DNA from: Selaginella moellendorffii
Lineage: Eukaryota > Plantae > Lycopodiophyta
Direction of reading: 5' to 3'
Length of the DNA stretch: 64,000 bases
Assembly (NCBI RefSeq): GCF_000143415.4
Contig: NW_003314305.1
Span: forward strand, 125,563-189,562
In this document: in pieces, positions 48,658-60,300 of the stretch
Layout: every line of letters begins with the position of its first letter
How positions within the stretch are numbered: position 1 is the first letter of the stretch
Translations under genes and position numbers: made by a program
The notes under the pieces: generated by a model
What the model was told of the DNA's origin: nothing
Seen by the model: the letters and a program-made list of their open reading frames with translations, nothing else
Databases searched by the model: none

Positions 48658-49530
48658 TTGGAGTTAATTGCAGTTTCTTGTCCGTTTAAGTTGGTAGTAT
48701 TTAATCTGATGGGACTTTTTCCACGATCAACTGCTAGCAATGAGTATGTTATTATTGCTTTTAATTACTTGACTCGCTAGGTGAAAATTAATGCTTTTGG
48801 TAGTGCGTTTGCAACTATTGTTGGATACTTCATCTTCAATCAAGTGGTGTTCTAGCATTCTTGTCTAAAGCAGATTCTTTTGGATAATAGTCCTACATTT
48901 ATAGCCGAGGCATTTCATATTTTGATGTCTCGGTTGGGGATATGCCACACTTTCATGAGTTCTTATTATCCATAGTCAGAAGGTTTGGTGGAACTGTTTA
49001 TTTAGACCTTCAAAAGGATGATCGTGAAGTACATGAATTTTTAGCATTCAAATTGAAATGATTATTTGCCATCTTTTCGGTATGTGTATGTTACAGAGGT
49101 GCAGAGTTCTATTGGTGCTTCACCATATAAACTCCTATATAGTTATGATTCAATATCACAAATGGAGTTGGGTTTACCTTCGCGATTGCCATGAATTACT
49201 GATGCTAGGTCATGGGATTAATATTTAATAAGCATTCTTCTACTTGTCCAAGCAGAGTTTGTTGAACACTTAGGCTGCGTACAAGTTGAACAACAATAGC
49301 ACTATAACTCCCATCATTATCCATTTGTAGAGTACAAAGTGGATGACTTAGTATTAGTCTATTTTCCTCATATTACGATACGTGGTTTATCTAAGAGGCT
49401 TCTTACTTAGTGGAAAAGACCATATCAAATGTTGCGGCAAGTTGGATTGCAAGTTTATAAGGTTTGGCATAACGTTCAATAGATCGATCCTTCAGAAATT
49501 GTGCATGTGCAAAAGTTAAAATGTTTTGTA
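48658..49530 (+). pseudogene. gypsy integrase core remnant (continuation after the insertion)
   Basis: LMGLFPRSTASNEYVIIAFNYLTR, ILLDNSPTF, SYYP*SEGLVE, QSSIGASPYKLLY. Confidence 0.88.
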
Positions 49531-49820
49531 TAAAGGGATCAAGAACAATTGGCACCACCTATAAATCCATTGATGCCTCCTCCTGATGTTCTTCGAAGTC
49601 CTAGTCCATCCATAAGAAAACTTTGATAGTTTTCCATCATTCTGAGAGGAGGGGATGATTGAGGTTCAAGTGTGTGGCTACCATGCCGTATATTAATATT
49701 AGCGTAATGGGATTTTAGTAGCTGTCAGATTGATTTTAATCCAAACCACTCACTCCTGTATATAAATTAAGGTTTTTGGGTTAATTGATATGCAAATTTT
49801 TGTAGTTCTGTGAATGCACA

Positions 49821-49925
49821 GAATATAAAAATAAAATACAAAATATGCATATCAATTAGCCCAAAAACTTTAACTTATATACAGGTGTAAGTATACAACA
49901 TCATAGCAATACACTTTGGACCTCA
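49821..49925 (-). repeat. Inverted, internally deleted copy of the short gypsy LTR abutting the 3' LTR
   Basis: Reverse complement begins tgaggtccaaagtgtattgctatgatg..tttttgggctaattgatatgcatatttt. Confidence 0.85.
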
Positions 49926-51279
49926 TAATTATTTTTATATTTATTTATATTTATATTAGGCAATTTAGATGCTCCTCTCTTCACAAGGGTCCCTCCATCC
50001 ATAAATTCTTTTCTATACTTCTTGACTTATGCCACTTGCACGTGTTCTAAGTTTGACTTGCAATATTTGAAAAATTACTCTTGATGTAGTCAGTAAGATC
50101 TGCTGATGAGGATCTTCGTCAAGTTGGTGATGGGTCTTCTATATGGAATATCCTATTGAAAACTAAGGAAGAAGAGAAACTCTATAGCTAAGATATCATC
50201 ATTGTTATACATACACATGTGAGAGTTTGTGACTCTCTAAATCTACCTCAACCATATGGTGATCTCAAATGTACTACATCATTGGAGTATTTTCTTGCCT
50301 GGTCGCCTAATACCCCATCAAGCATCCTAAAATAGCTTGCTCCCAATTTTGCAGGAAGTTCTTTGTGGTGAGCGTCCATTTGCACACATACCCAATGTGT
50401 TGATATGGTGCGATGCTATACCCTGGCCGATTTGAGGCATCTTTCGGAAAATTTCCTTTGTCCCAAAGAACCGTGTGAGGAGCCCCATACTGGCAAATGA
50501 TCTTCCTAAAGAACCATTTGCTCACCTCTGAGGCCAAACCAGGTAATGATTTTTTGCTGCGGATTTTAGGTAGGTGTGGAATCCTCTTTTGGTTTGGCCA
50601 TTCTTTCTATTTGGAGGCTCCAGGGGGAGCACAAGTAATTGGATGTGCTGAGAATCTCTCGTTGCATTCTTACTAGATATGTTGATGCAGAACTTTGGAA
50701 ACTTGGTAGAGCTTTTGGTTTTTCTTTGGAGCTGTCCATTTCTGGCCATCGTTTCCCATTGTGTACACTGATAGACCTGATTATAGGACGAAAACAATGT
50801 CAGAACAGAAAACAAAGACATTTCAAGGCGGAGTGCACGAAAACAAATATTTAAAAGGAAGAAGAAAAAAAACAAACATCTCGCAAGCGGGGTGATGTCC
50901 TGTCAAATGTAGTCTTGCTCGATGGATGGTGTTCTAGTGAAAATATCCAAAAACCTGAAGAGGATGCTCGTAATTTAAAAAAGGTGTCGCAAGCGTGATC
51001 ATCATCCATAGTTCTTCTCGTTTCCTTCGGCATTTATGATCTTCTTGAGCTTGATCTTCTTGAGCATTTCACAAAGTAATTGTATGAGCGCGAGCAAAGA
51101 AATAAAATCATGGTCTTTTAGCATGTACACCCTGGAACTTGTCCACAGCGGCATATCCATCCCAGCGCAAATGCTCCTCTCTAAGGATACTTCTCGCTCT
51201 TCATCTCTTTCTTGGATGATTCATTTTGAAATGCTAAATGAGCAACGCAACACGACCATAGCTTACATTGAATTTTTGT

Positions 51280-51475
51280 TGCATGCCATCCACAGGCGGC
51301 TGCAACCAGTCGATCCAAAAAAACATTAAAACAGAAATGTCACTTGACGTCTGCCAAGTGTAAAGTGATACCTGAGTCGCAATAAAAGAAAGGTAGCGCA
51401 CCATTTGAAAGCCACCGGAATCCGTGAGCAGTGGCCAGTTCATAAACTCGTGCAGGCCTCCCACGGCGTCCAGGT
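51280..51475 (-). pseudogene. Queuine tRNA-ribosyltransferase (TGT/QTRT1) gene fragment
   Basis: DAVGGLHEFMNWPLLTDSGGFQM|VSL..QPPVDG; shrunken intron and frameshift. Confidence 0.85.
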
Positions 51476-52471
51476 CTCAAAGCGACTTGATAATTTCCAA
51501 AAATAATCTCGCAACCAGAGGACTGCTAGAATCCGCAACCCCCCCAAAAAAGAAGACAAACCAAGTTTATAACAAAAAGAAAAATTGCTTTCCCTGAGTT
51601 CCCAATACCTGAACAACAGATAATTTCTAGAGAACCACACGATAGAGATCAAACAAGAAAAACGCGTCAGGAGTTCGCATAGAAACGCCACAGTAAAAAT
51701 CGCGCACATAACAAATCTATGCCCCAGCTCGCCAAGACAATTTCTGGGAGGACAAACGTTTTATACGGTACACTGTACCTATATAATCCAAAAAAAAAAC
51801 CAAATCCAAAATCAGCGATGAGCTCCTTGAAGAAAGACTTTTCTATCTGTTGGGAGACGCTTGCGAATCCACTCTACCCAATGTTTTTCCCTCTCCTTTT
51901 GGAGCTCGGCGTTGATCATCTTGAGCTCCAAACTTCGTGGTGGAGCTTTTCTTCTCGTCTCCTGCCACTGCTGATGAGCTTTGGGATCACTGGCTGCATG
52001 GATAAAATCTAACCTGTTGATGCCACGGGATCTTCATCATGGCATTGTCTTGGCTCCTTTGATGTTGACTGTATTCGTCTTCCAGTTTCTCGAAGGCAGT
52101 GGAGACAGTGGATCCAGGACTCTGTCGCAAAGGCAAGTAAGACACAATTCGTTTTTTGTTGGTGTTATAGTTAATGCGAACGAGGTGAAAGGTTACGTCG
52201 TCCAAGCTCTCCGTCATCAGGCTTCGCTTTTGAACACTTTCGTTTCGATTTCCTCTCAGCTGTTGCTCTGTTGCAATTTCTGTTGGCAATTTCCCTCGAG
52301 TTGTGTGGTTTTGGAGACTTTACTGCGTCGTTACTTTCCTGTCTCGGGGGCCTCAGGGACTTGACCAAAGAAGTGGTAAATCTCGGACAAGGATTTCTCG
52401 AGCCACTGATTTCTTACAAAGTCGGTGTCGTCCCTGGATCCAGAAATTCTAGAAAGACGCTTTTATCTCGA

Positions 52472-52560
52472 TGAAATAGATTCAACCTTCCTCTTACATC
52501 CTGTTTTTCATCCCAGCTGGAAAAAAAACAGGATGTAAGAGGAAGGTTGAATCTATATCA
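52472..52560. repeat. Perfect 33-bp inverted repeat (hairpin)
   Basis: 52476-52508 atagattcaaccttcctcttacatcctgttttt is the exact reverse complement of 52524-52556. Confidence 0.95.
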
Positions 52561-52686
52561 AAGGGAAATAAAGAATATATTGAGAATACACGAAAGGCAA
52601 TTCGCCATAAGGGTTAGGGCAAGCTTATCACTTGCAAGGTCTAGATCTAGAGAAAGAGAGAGCGAGGAAATTGGGAGTATAACAGG

Positions 52687-53550
52687 ATGCAAAATTGCTA
52701 TATTATTCTAGATTTAGATGAAACACTAGTTAGGGAAACTGAAGATTCAAAGTATGCCAATGCTTTTTACACACCAATGCATGGGAGTTCTGAATTCTTG
52801 TCAGTTCTCAATGCAATCCCCAATGTGCAGATGCATTTTTTTAGCTCGGGTAGAGAGTGTAGGAACATACCTCTTGTGCAACAGATCATGGAGGGTTGCT
52901 GCTTAAGGTGTAGCTACAATATCTTTTCTATGTCTCACATGACAAAGGAATCTGGTTCTTGGGATTACAAAAAGAAGTTGGAGAACTTGGGTTTTGAGCT
53001 TCCATGGACTATCATGGTGGATGATGAATCCTCAGATGTTGCAGCTACTGGTGAAGAGATCAATTTCTTGCAAATGTATTATTTTAGTCAATCAGAGCAT
53101 TTGCAAGATCGGGAAGTACTAAGGCTACGGAGAGAAAACAGTTTGATCCGAGCTCTTGGTTTGATAATTTGGGCTTTGGAACTGTCAATGATAGCGAATT
53201 GCACTTTGGTTCAAGCTTTGGTTGCAATACAGTGGGACCAAAATGGCAAGTATGCCCATCAACGAACGAATGCAATACAAGTTTATGAAGCTGGACTGGC
53301 CGCAATGCAAAAAGTAAATCCAAATATCGTGCTTTTGGGTTGCACTAACAATGCTATGGTTTATCCATGGTCTGAATTAAAGATGGATCATCATTCAAAC
53401 GCACATGAAAAGTTTTGGAGGATTGGGTTTGGGAAGCAAAAGATAGACAGACTAATGATGCATAGACTACAATTAGATGTTTCTCTCCCAGCAGTTAAGA
53501 CTCGTGATGTGGAAGAGGATCTTTGTATTGATGCATTGTATTGCCAATAG
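52687..53550 (+). CDS. Intronless HAD-superfamily NIF/FCP1-like phosphatase domain protein
   Basis: IILDLDETLV (DxDxT), FFSSG (motif II), YKKKL, TIMVDD (motif IV); 287-aa ORF. Confidence 0.75.
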   Translation: MQNCYIILDLDETLVRETEDSKYANAFYTPMHGSSEFLSVLNAIPNVQMHFFSSGRECRNIPLVQQIMEGCCLRCSYNIFSMSHMTKESGSWDYKKKLENLGFELPWTIMVDDESSDVAATGEEINFLQMYYFSQSEHLQDREVLRLRRENSLIRALGLIIWALELSMIANCTLVQALVAIQWDQNGKYAHQRTNAIQVYEAGLAAMQKVNPNIVLLGCTNNAMVYPWSELKMDHHSNAHEKFWRIGFGKQKIDRLMMHRLQLDVSLPAVKTRDVEEDLCIDALYCQ

Positions 53551-54732
53551 CAAAAGAAACTTTGAAAAGATACACAGACGTTTCAGGGGCTTTTAAAAAC
53601 AGCCACTACTGGCCGAAGCATCAACAGGTTCTTGAGATTTCGAGATTCAATCCCGTCAGATGTACGTTTTCCTTTTGTGGTGCGGTGGTGGTCTGGGTGA
53701 CGAGAACGCCAGCCTTCTCTCTGCTACACTGTCAACATGAACGAACAGATGATCTGAGCTTGGCTTACCTGCTCCACTATGCGTCGGCAGAAGAAAGCAA
53801 CGTACATGAATTCTATGTCGACATGCTTACCGCCAAAGCAAGGAGCAGGGCAGGTGGCGAGTTTGACAAAGTAATAAACTGCACTTCATTGCATAATATC
53901 TCATGCTTCTAGATGGGCACTGCGAGTTTCCTAGAATTTATGTCCACCAAAACAAAAGGAAGAAGTTTTCTTGTCCAGCACAGTGAAGTGCCTTAACCGC
54001 ACCTTGTACATCAACGAGGTTCCTACACCCGCCGGTCCCTAGCTCAAAAGCAGCTCTTGAAAAAGATCATCCTGCCGGATCCAGGCTTTTACAAGCTCCG
54101 GCTCCTCATTCTTCAATTCCAATTCATCGCCCTCTTCGAATTCCCAGCCGGAGGAATCTCTCTAGTTGACACTAGAGCTAAAGGCATAAAGAAAGGAGAG
54201 AATGGGGCCAAACCCGAAAGACTGTTTGTGAGTGTAGTACCAGCGCATAGCTTTGCGGCGTCCTTGGCTAGACTTGGCGGGGGCGCCATCAAAGGCGCCA
54301 CTAGAAAAGATCGAAATTAAGAGGGAAAAGGTGGGAGATTTCTTACTTGACGCTGATGCCGTGACTGTTGTTCCCCGCACCAGTCAATCTGCCGCGTTCC
54401 ATCAGGGAGCAGCCCTAAAATAAAAGTAATGCCAAACTAATCTTTAGAAATAATATATATACTTGTAGAATATATATGTTTTGATAAATTAAAATACTAA
54501 ATTTTTATTTTTAAAACGTAAACTAAAAGTGTATCATAATATCCTTTGTCTTCTTGAAAAACATTTACTGTTTAAATTCAGTTTTTGTATTGTAACAAAA
54601 TTTTGTTATGTGAATCATTGATGAATCAAAATATAACTTTTTACCTTCATAAATTAGATGAGAATTTGTAAATAGTTACAATAATTTAAAACCTCATAAT
54701 CTATTATGACATAAAAATTTCAAAAAAACTTT

Positions 54733-54790
<58 letters not shown>

Positions 54791-54856
54791 AAGAGAGAGA
54801 GATAGATATATATAGATAGATAGTTAGATAGATATAGATATAGATATAGATATAGA
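54733..54856. repeat. Compound (TA)n(GA)n(GATATA)n microsatellite in a ~1.1-kb extremely AT-rich tract
   Basis: Directly visible. Confidence 0.95.
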
Positions 54857-55601
54857 GTGACATACATAAATTTCTATTATTATTTTTATATTCATTATTA
54901 GTTTTATTTCATTTGATTTTAAAAAGATATATATAAGTAATTTAATATGCTTTCTCATACCAATTAATCCACCAGAATACAACATATTTTAAAGCTTTTA
55001 ACTAACTTTTAAAATTTAAATTTAAATTTAAATATGAACCTATATAAAAATTAATTTCTACAACTAACAACATTTAAAACAAAAATTAGTAAATATTATT
55101 AAAATACTTTTAAAAAATTAGTGCTGAAGGTGTAATATATAGTATTTTGTAATATTTATAAATGAAAAACATAGGAATACAACAATAATAACTAATGATA
55201 TAATTTTAATATGAGAGGTTTAATATATTCCAAGAAAACTATTTTTATAGTTTTGCACTCCCAACTAAAGTTAAGGAAGTATAAGTTACTTGCAAAAAGT
55301 GAGCATTAATAAAACTTTATAATTTTTAAATCATTTTGTTAAATAATTCATATTTTTATGCTTAAGTGATTTTGTATCAAATTATAATTTAGTAAATAAA
55401 TTTTAAAAGTTGATTTAGCTGTTAAGAATGGGCTACATACTATATTGAGAGAAAACTTTCATCTAATCTATTATAATATATAGTTTGCAACATTCTATAT
55501 TTTAGTGTTCCAAAATACAAGTATTGAAATCACTTTATAAATACCATTATTTACACCTTGTAATCTTAAAATAAAAGTTAATCTTTATAGTAATTATTTT
55601 G

Positions 55602-56133
55602 TGAAATCCAAGTATATAGCTATGATGTAACATGTTAATATTAACATAATGGGATTTTGAAAGCTGTTAGTGAACCACTCACTTTTATATAAAAGTTAAG
55701 GTTTTTGAGCTAATTAATATGCACATTTTTATACTACATTGTCATATTCTATACACTCACATTGGTGGAGGTGAGAGGCAACTTTGATTGTCTCTAAGAA
55801 ATGCTTGGATTTAGGATTTTGGTTTAGATTTAACTTTAGCATTATTTAAATCTCACTTCCTTATAACTTTTTAAATATTTTTTTCTTTTGTTTTTTTCTT
55901 TTTCATTCATTTTCATAATAGAGCAATAGCTCTAACTTTAAAATAGCAATTGATGCAATTGATCAATGTTATATAGTTGCAATTAAACAATCAAACTTAA
56001 TTGATGACAATATTTACAGCGTATGGTACAATTCCTCCCACACTTACTACCAATCCTTATGTTCCACTAGAATTCTTTTATGAGAATTTTAAGAATAATA
56101 TGTATCATTGATTCAATCACTTTATGGTGATTG
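55602..56133 (+). mobile_element. Second copy of the short-LTR gypsy: 5' LTR (55602-55761), PBS and leader, interrupted at 56134
   Basis: Colinear with 36301-36850; PBS-like TGGTGGAGGTGAGAGG. Confidence 0.82.
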
Positions 56134-57344
56134 TGTAAGTGACTAGTATTTTTATTCTACTTTAGTCACTTGTCCAATTCAGGACTTGGGGCTTGCTAAC
56201 CCCGAAAATGGCATCCATGCCACTCAACCTTTGCACTTGGTCCAAATGCTCCACGTGTCCAATCCTATGACCGACATCCCAAGGTACCACCGATATATTA
56301 GCCCATTACACTAGGCCATGCCCATTAACCTTGGTCACATCAGTGGTCCAACACCACTTGCATTGCAATCCCGTCTCTCAAAAACTGGGCCATCCATCCA
56401 TGAGTGGTCATCCCAGATCCACTCCCTTACATCCTTAGGATGCCTACAAACATGGGGAATAGCCTTCCCCAACATCTCCGTTCCGGTCCCTACCAAGTCC
56501 CTTCTTGTCTATGGCCGTATTTGCCAACATTGCCACTAGATCAAGGCATATAGGCCTGACCACTAAATCCTACTATCCTCTAGGACTTCCTCATTGTGTG
56601 ACTATGTCTTTGGTCACCACACCAAAGGGTTACTCCTTTTCCTTTCCACAGTCTGAAACTTTGGGACAACATTTTGGAATACTATAGCCCTACGCAGGCT
56701 TTATGGGTACTCTCTTCGCCTTCCGCCTTTGGGTGCTATAGCCATGAGGTTAGAGCGAGGTTCTGTTGAGCCACGCTAGGTATCCAAGTAGGTAATGCCA
56801 CCCACACTTGGACTGGGAGCATCGACCATTTGATCTCCCAGGGGAACTAAAGCCGGCTTTTGAACACTTCACCAAGCTACCCTACTTGTCAGTTTGTATT
56901 CACTTTAGTCTTGGACTTCCCAGTGGTCAGTTCATCACCTAACACTTGGGTACAGCCTTCCTATGCCAAACTAGCCTTTCCTGGCCAAACTAGCCTTTCC
57001 TGGCCAAACTGGCTCCACTGGGCTCCACCCTCCCCCCCAAGGGACAATCACTTTGGGCTTTCACCTAACTATCTGTATTAGTATTCAGACTCGGACTTGG
57101 ACTCGGATTCAGTCTCGAACTCGGTTTCGGTCTCGGACTTGGTCTCAGTCTTAGTCTTAGTCCCGGTTCCATCTCAGACTCCATCTCGGACTCCATCTTG
57201 GGTCCATCTTGGGTCCATCTTGGACTCCATCTCGAATCCATCTTGGACTCCATCTCGACTCCATCTTGGGTCCATCTCGGACTCCATCTTGGGTCCATCT
57301 CAGACTCCATCTCGGGTCTGTCTCAGGTCCATCTTGGGCTCCTT
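56134..57344 (-). mobile_element. LARD-family LTR, truncated by insertion of copy 2 within its minisatellite
   Basis: Starts tgtaagtgacta..ttctactttagtcact, colinear with 43100 onward. Confidence 0.9.
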
Positions 57345-60300
57345 TGTGAGACACAAAATCCCTAGGCCCCAAAGTGGAGCCGGAAGGGTGCCATGTGGTG
57401 GTGGCCGAAGCCAAATCCAAACGAGCGTAACACGTTTGGACTAAAAAGCTCCGACTTGAAAAGGTTGAGAGTGGGAGTGGAACTCCTAACGAAGTGCTCG
57501 AGGAACAAGCATGAAGCGAGCAATAAGTAAGGCTCCAAAAAGGGACCCAAAAGGACCAACACATGAGACGTGAAGGAGTCCGAGATGGAGTCTGAGATGG
57601 AGTCCGAGGTGGAGTCCGAGATGGACCCAAGATGGAGTCCGAGATGGACCCGAGATGGAATCCAAGATGGAGTCTGAGATGGACCCGAGATGGAGTCCGA
57701 GATGGACCCGAGATGGAACCCGAGATGGACCCGAGATGGAACCCGAGATGGACCCAAGATGGAACCCAAGATGGACCCGAGATGGAGTCCGAGATGGAGT
57801 CCGAGATGGACCCGAGATGGAGTCCGAGATGGACCCGAGATGGAGTCCGAGATGGAGTCTGAGATGGAGTCTAAGGTGGACCCGAGATGGAGTCCGAGAT
57901 GGACTCGAGATGGAACCGAGGCCGAGACCGAGACTAAGACCGAGTCCGAGTCCGAAACCGGGACCAAGTCCGAGTCCAAGTTCAAGCCCGAGTCCGAGTC
58001 CAAATACTAATATAGGCAGTCAGTTGGGTGAAAGCCCAAAGCGATCGTCCCCCGGGGGGGGGGGGGGTTCCAAAAGTATAGTAGGGAGAGTGTGGGGGTT
58101 GGAGCCCAGTGGAGCCAGTTTGGCCAGGAAAGGCCAGTTTGGCCCAAGAAGGCCAGACCCAGTGTTGGGTGATGAACTGACCACTTGGAAGTCCAAGACT
58201 AGAGTGAATACAGACCGACAAACGGTGTAGTTTGGTGAAGTGTTCAAAAGCCGGCTCTAGTTCCCCCGAGAGATCGGCTGACCGATGCTCCCAGTCCAAG
58301 TGTGGGTGGCACTACCTACTTGGATACCTGGTGTGGCTCAACGGAACCTCGCTCTAAGCCCATGGCTAGAGCACCCAAAGGCGAAAGGCGGGGAGAGTAC
58401 CCATGAGGCCCGCGTAGGGCCACGATGTTCCGAAATGTTGTCCCAAAGGCCAGACTCTGGAAAGGAAGAGGAGTAGTCCTCTGGTGTAGTGACCAAGGAT
58501 GCAGTCGAGGGGTGAGGAAGTCCCAGAGGACCGTGGGACTTAGTGGTCGGGCCAGTGGGCATTGATCTAGTGGCAGTGTTGGCAAATACAGCCATGGGAA
58601 GAAAAGGACTTGGTGAAAACTGGAAAAGAGGATATTGGGGAAGGCTATTCCCTATGTCTGTGGGCATCCTAAGGATGCTAAGGAGTGGATCTGGAATGAT
58701 CACTTATGGACGGATGGCTTAGTCCTTGAGAGATGGGATTGTGATGCAGGTGGTGTTAGATCATCGGTGTGACCAAGGTAAAGGGGCATGGCTTTAGTAT
58801 AACAAGCTGATATATCAGTGGTACCTTGGGGTGTCAGTCATGGGATCAAACACGTGGAGCACTTGGATCAAGTGCAAAGGTTGAATGGCGGGGATGCCAT
58901 TCTTGGGGCTAGCAAGCCCAAGTCTGAAATAGGACTTATGGAGGTTGTGAGTGAGATTCCTTCAAGTGGTTGGAGGTGTGGTTAAGTGACTAAAGTAAAA
59001 TGGAAAATTTAGTCGCTTACAACTTAGTATCAGAGCTGTTCCTTAGTCCGACTCTTATTAGTGGCCAAGTATATCACCACTTGTATTGGAATCGGAAGGT
59101 CCTAGATATGGACCTATCCTCAAGGAGTAGCATGTCGAAAGGACATGGCTCTCCACTCAAGTTCATGCATGAACTTGTGCATGACATGGTGGATGGAAAA
59201 GGGCCAGTAAGGGAACGACTTTAGGATCTTGGGAACAGTATAAGGGTTTCCTCAAAGAGCTGAGGATGTGATCCCGATGAGCGTTTGACGCAGCAAACGA
59301 GCTAATGTAGTTGTGGTAAACAACTATAGTTGGGATCACAGGAAAGATGTAGACTCCAAAACAATAAAGGAGTCACAAGACTACCCTTATATGGTTGAGG
59401 CTGGTACTCATAAATTTGAGACCGGAATTGTTGACCGTGGGAGATCAAATACAGAAGAGGACACCAGTCCTTGAAATGGTAGCCAGGGCTACCTCTAATA
59501 AATGTTGGAACAACCCAAGGAGTTGGGGGTGTACTTAAAGATGAGTTGCTATTCTCATCACATGGACAAGTGGTCCTGGGGGGCAAAGGTTAGCCCCAAG
59601 AAAATCATCAAGTGTCAGAGTAACACTTGCAAAGATTGTCCTTGTGAGTAAGACATAAATACAAGAAGTTGTATTCCAGTGAGTTGGCACCTCTAAGACT
59701 GAGACCTCACAGGTTGTTGAATTAGCAAAGTCCAAAATGTTGGATGACTCAAGTGGAGTCAAGGAATGGTCCTAAGGGATTGGTTGGAGCATTTGGACTG
59801 AGGTGTATGGTGCCCCATGAGGTATGGGGAGGATCATAAGATCCAAGTATGAGAACAGTAGGTATCCCATTGATGGCAAAATGTGCCGTACTAAAGTTGT
59901 GGGAAAGATGTTCCCAAAAGAAAGCAACTTTGGCCCAGAGTTAGGTGCAAACACTATGGTGCGGTGCTAACGGATAGTTAGCATGAAGAACAACTATATT
60001 GGTCTTGGCAAAGACCTAGACACTAAGAAGTAGTGTCATAAGGGTAGGCTCGTGGGGCCAATGGTGTGGAGATACCAAATGTGCCAAGGTGTGATACCTT
60101 GAGGTTATGACTTGCCAAGGGAATCCCAACGGAAGCGGGAATGGCATGGTCTAAGCTGGAAGGCATGCGGTTGGAGTGTGGTGACCCAGATAATTATGAA
60201 GGTGTGGAAGCACCAAACAATGAGTTGTAGGACTTGATAACTATGGGGCAACTAAGCAAGAGGTGCAAGATAATTGGTTAAATGGGTAGAAGGTAGCTAC

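Larger units (their letters stand above)
36301..49820 (+). mobile_element. Degenerate Ty3/gypsy LTR retrotransposon with ~160-bp LTRs (36301-36459, 49660-49820), split by a later insertion
   Basis: TG..CA LTRs, PBS-like TGGTGAAGATGGAGGG at 36461, PPT GAGAGGAGGGGA at ~49644; order PR-RT-RH-INT. Confidence 0.88.
33860..50537 (-). mobile_element. Oldest, highly decayed retroelement forming the host of the nest (pieces 33860-36300 and 49926-50537)
   Basis: Integrase remnant SEVSKWFFRKIICQYGAPHTVLWDKG..NWEQAILGCLMGY at 50307-50537. The same ~180-bp repeat unit lies on both sides of the inserted gypsy. CpG-depleted. The left boundary (TGTCACG at 33860) is tentative. Confidence 0.5.
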
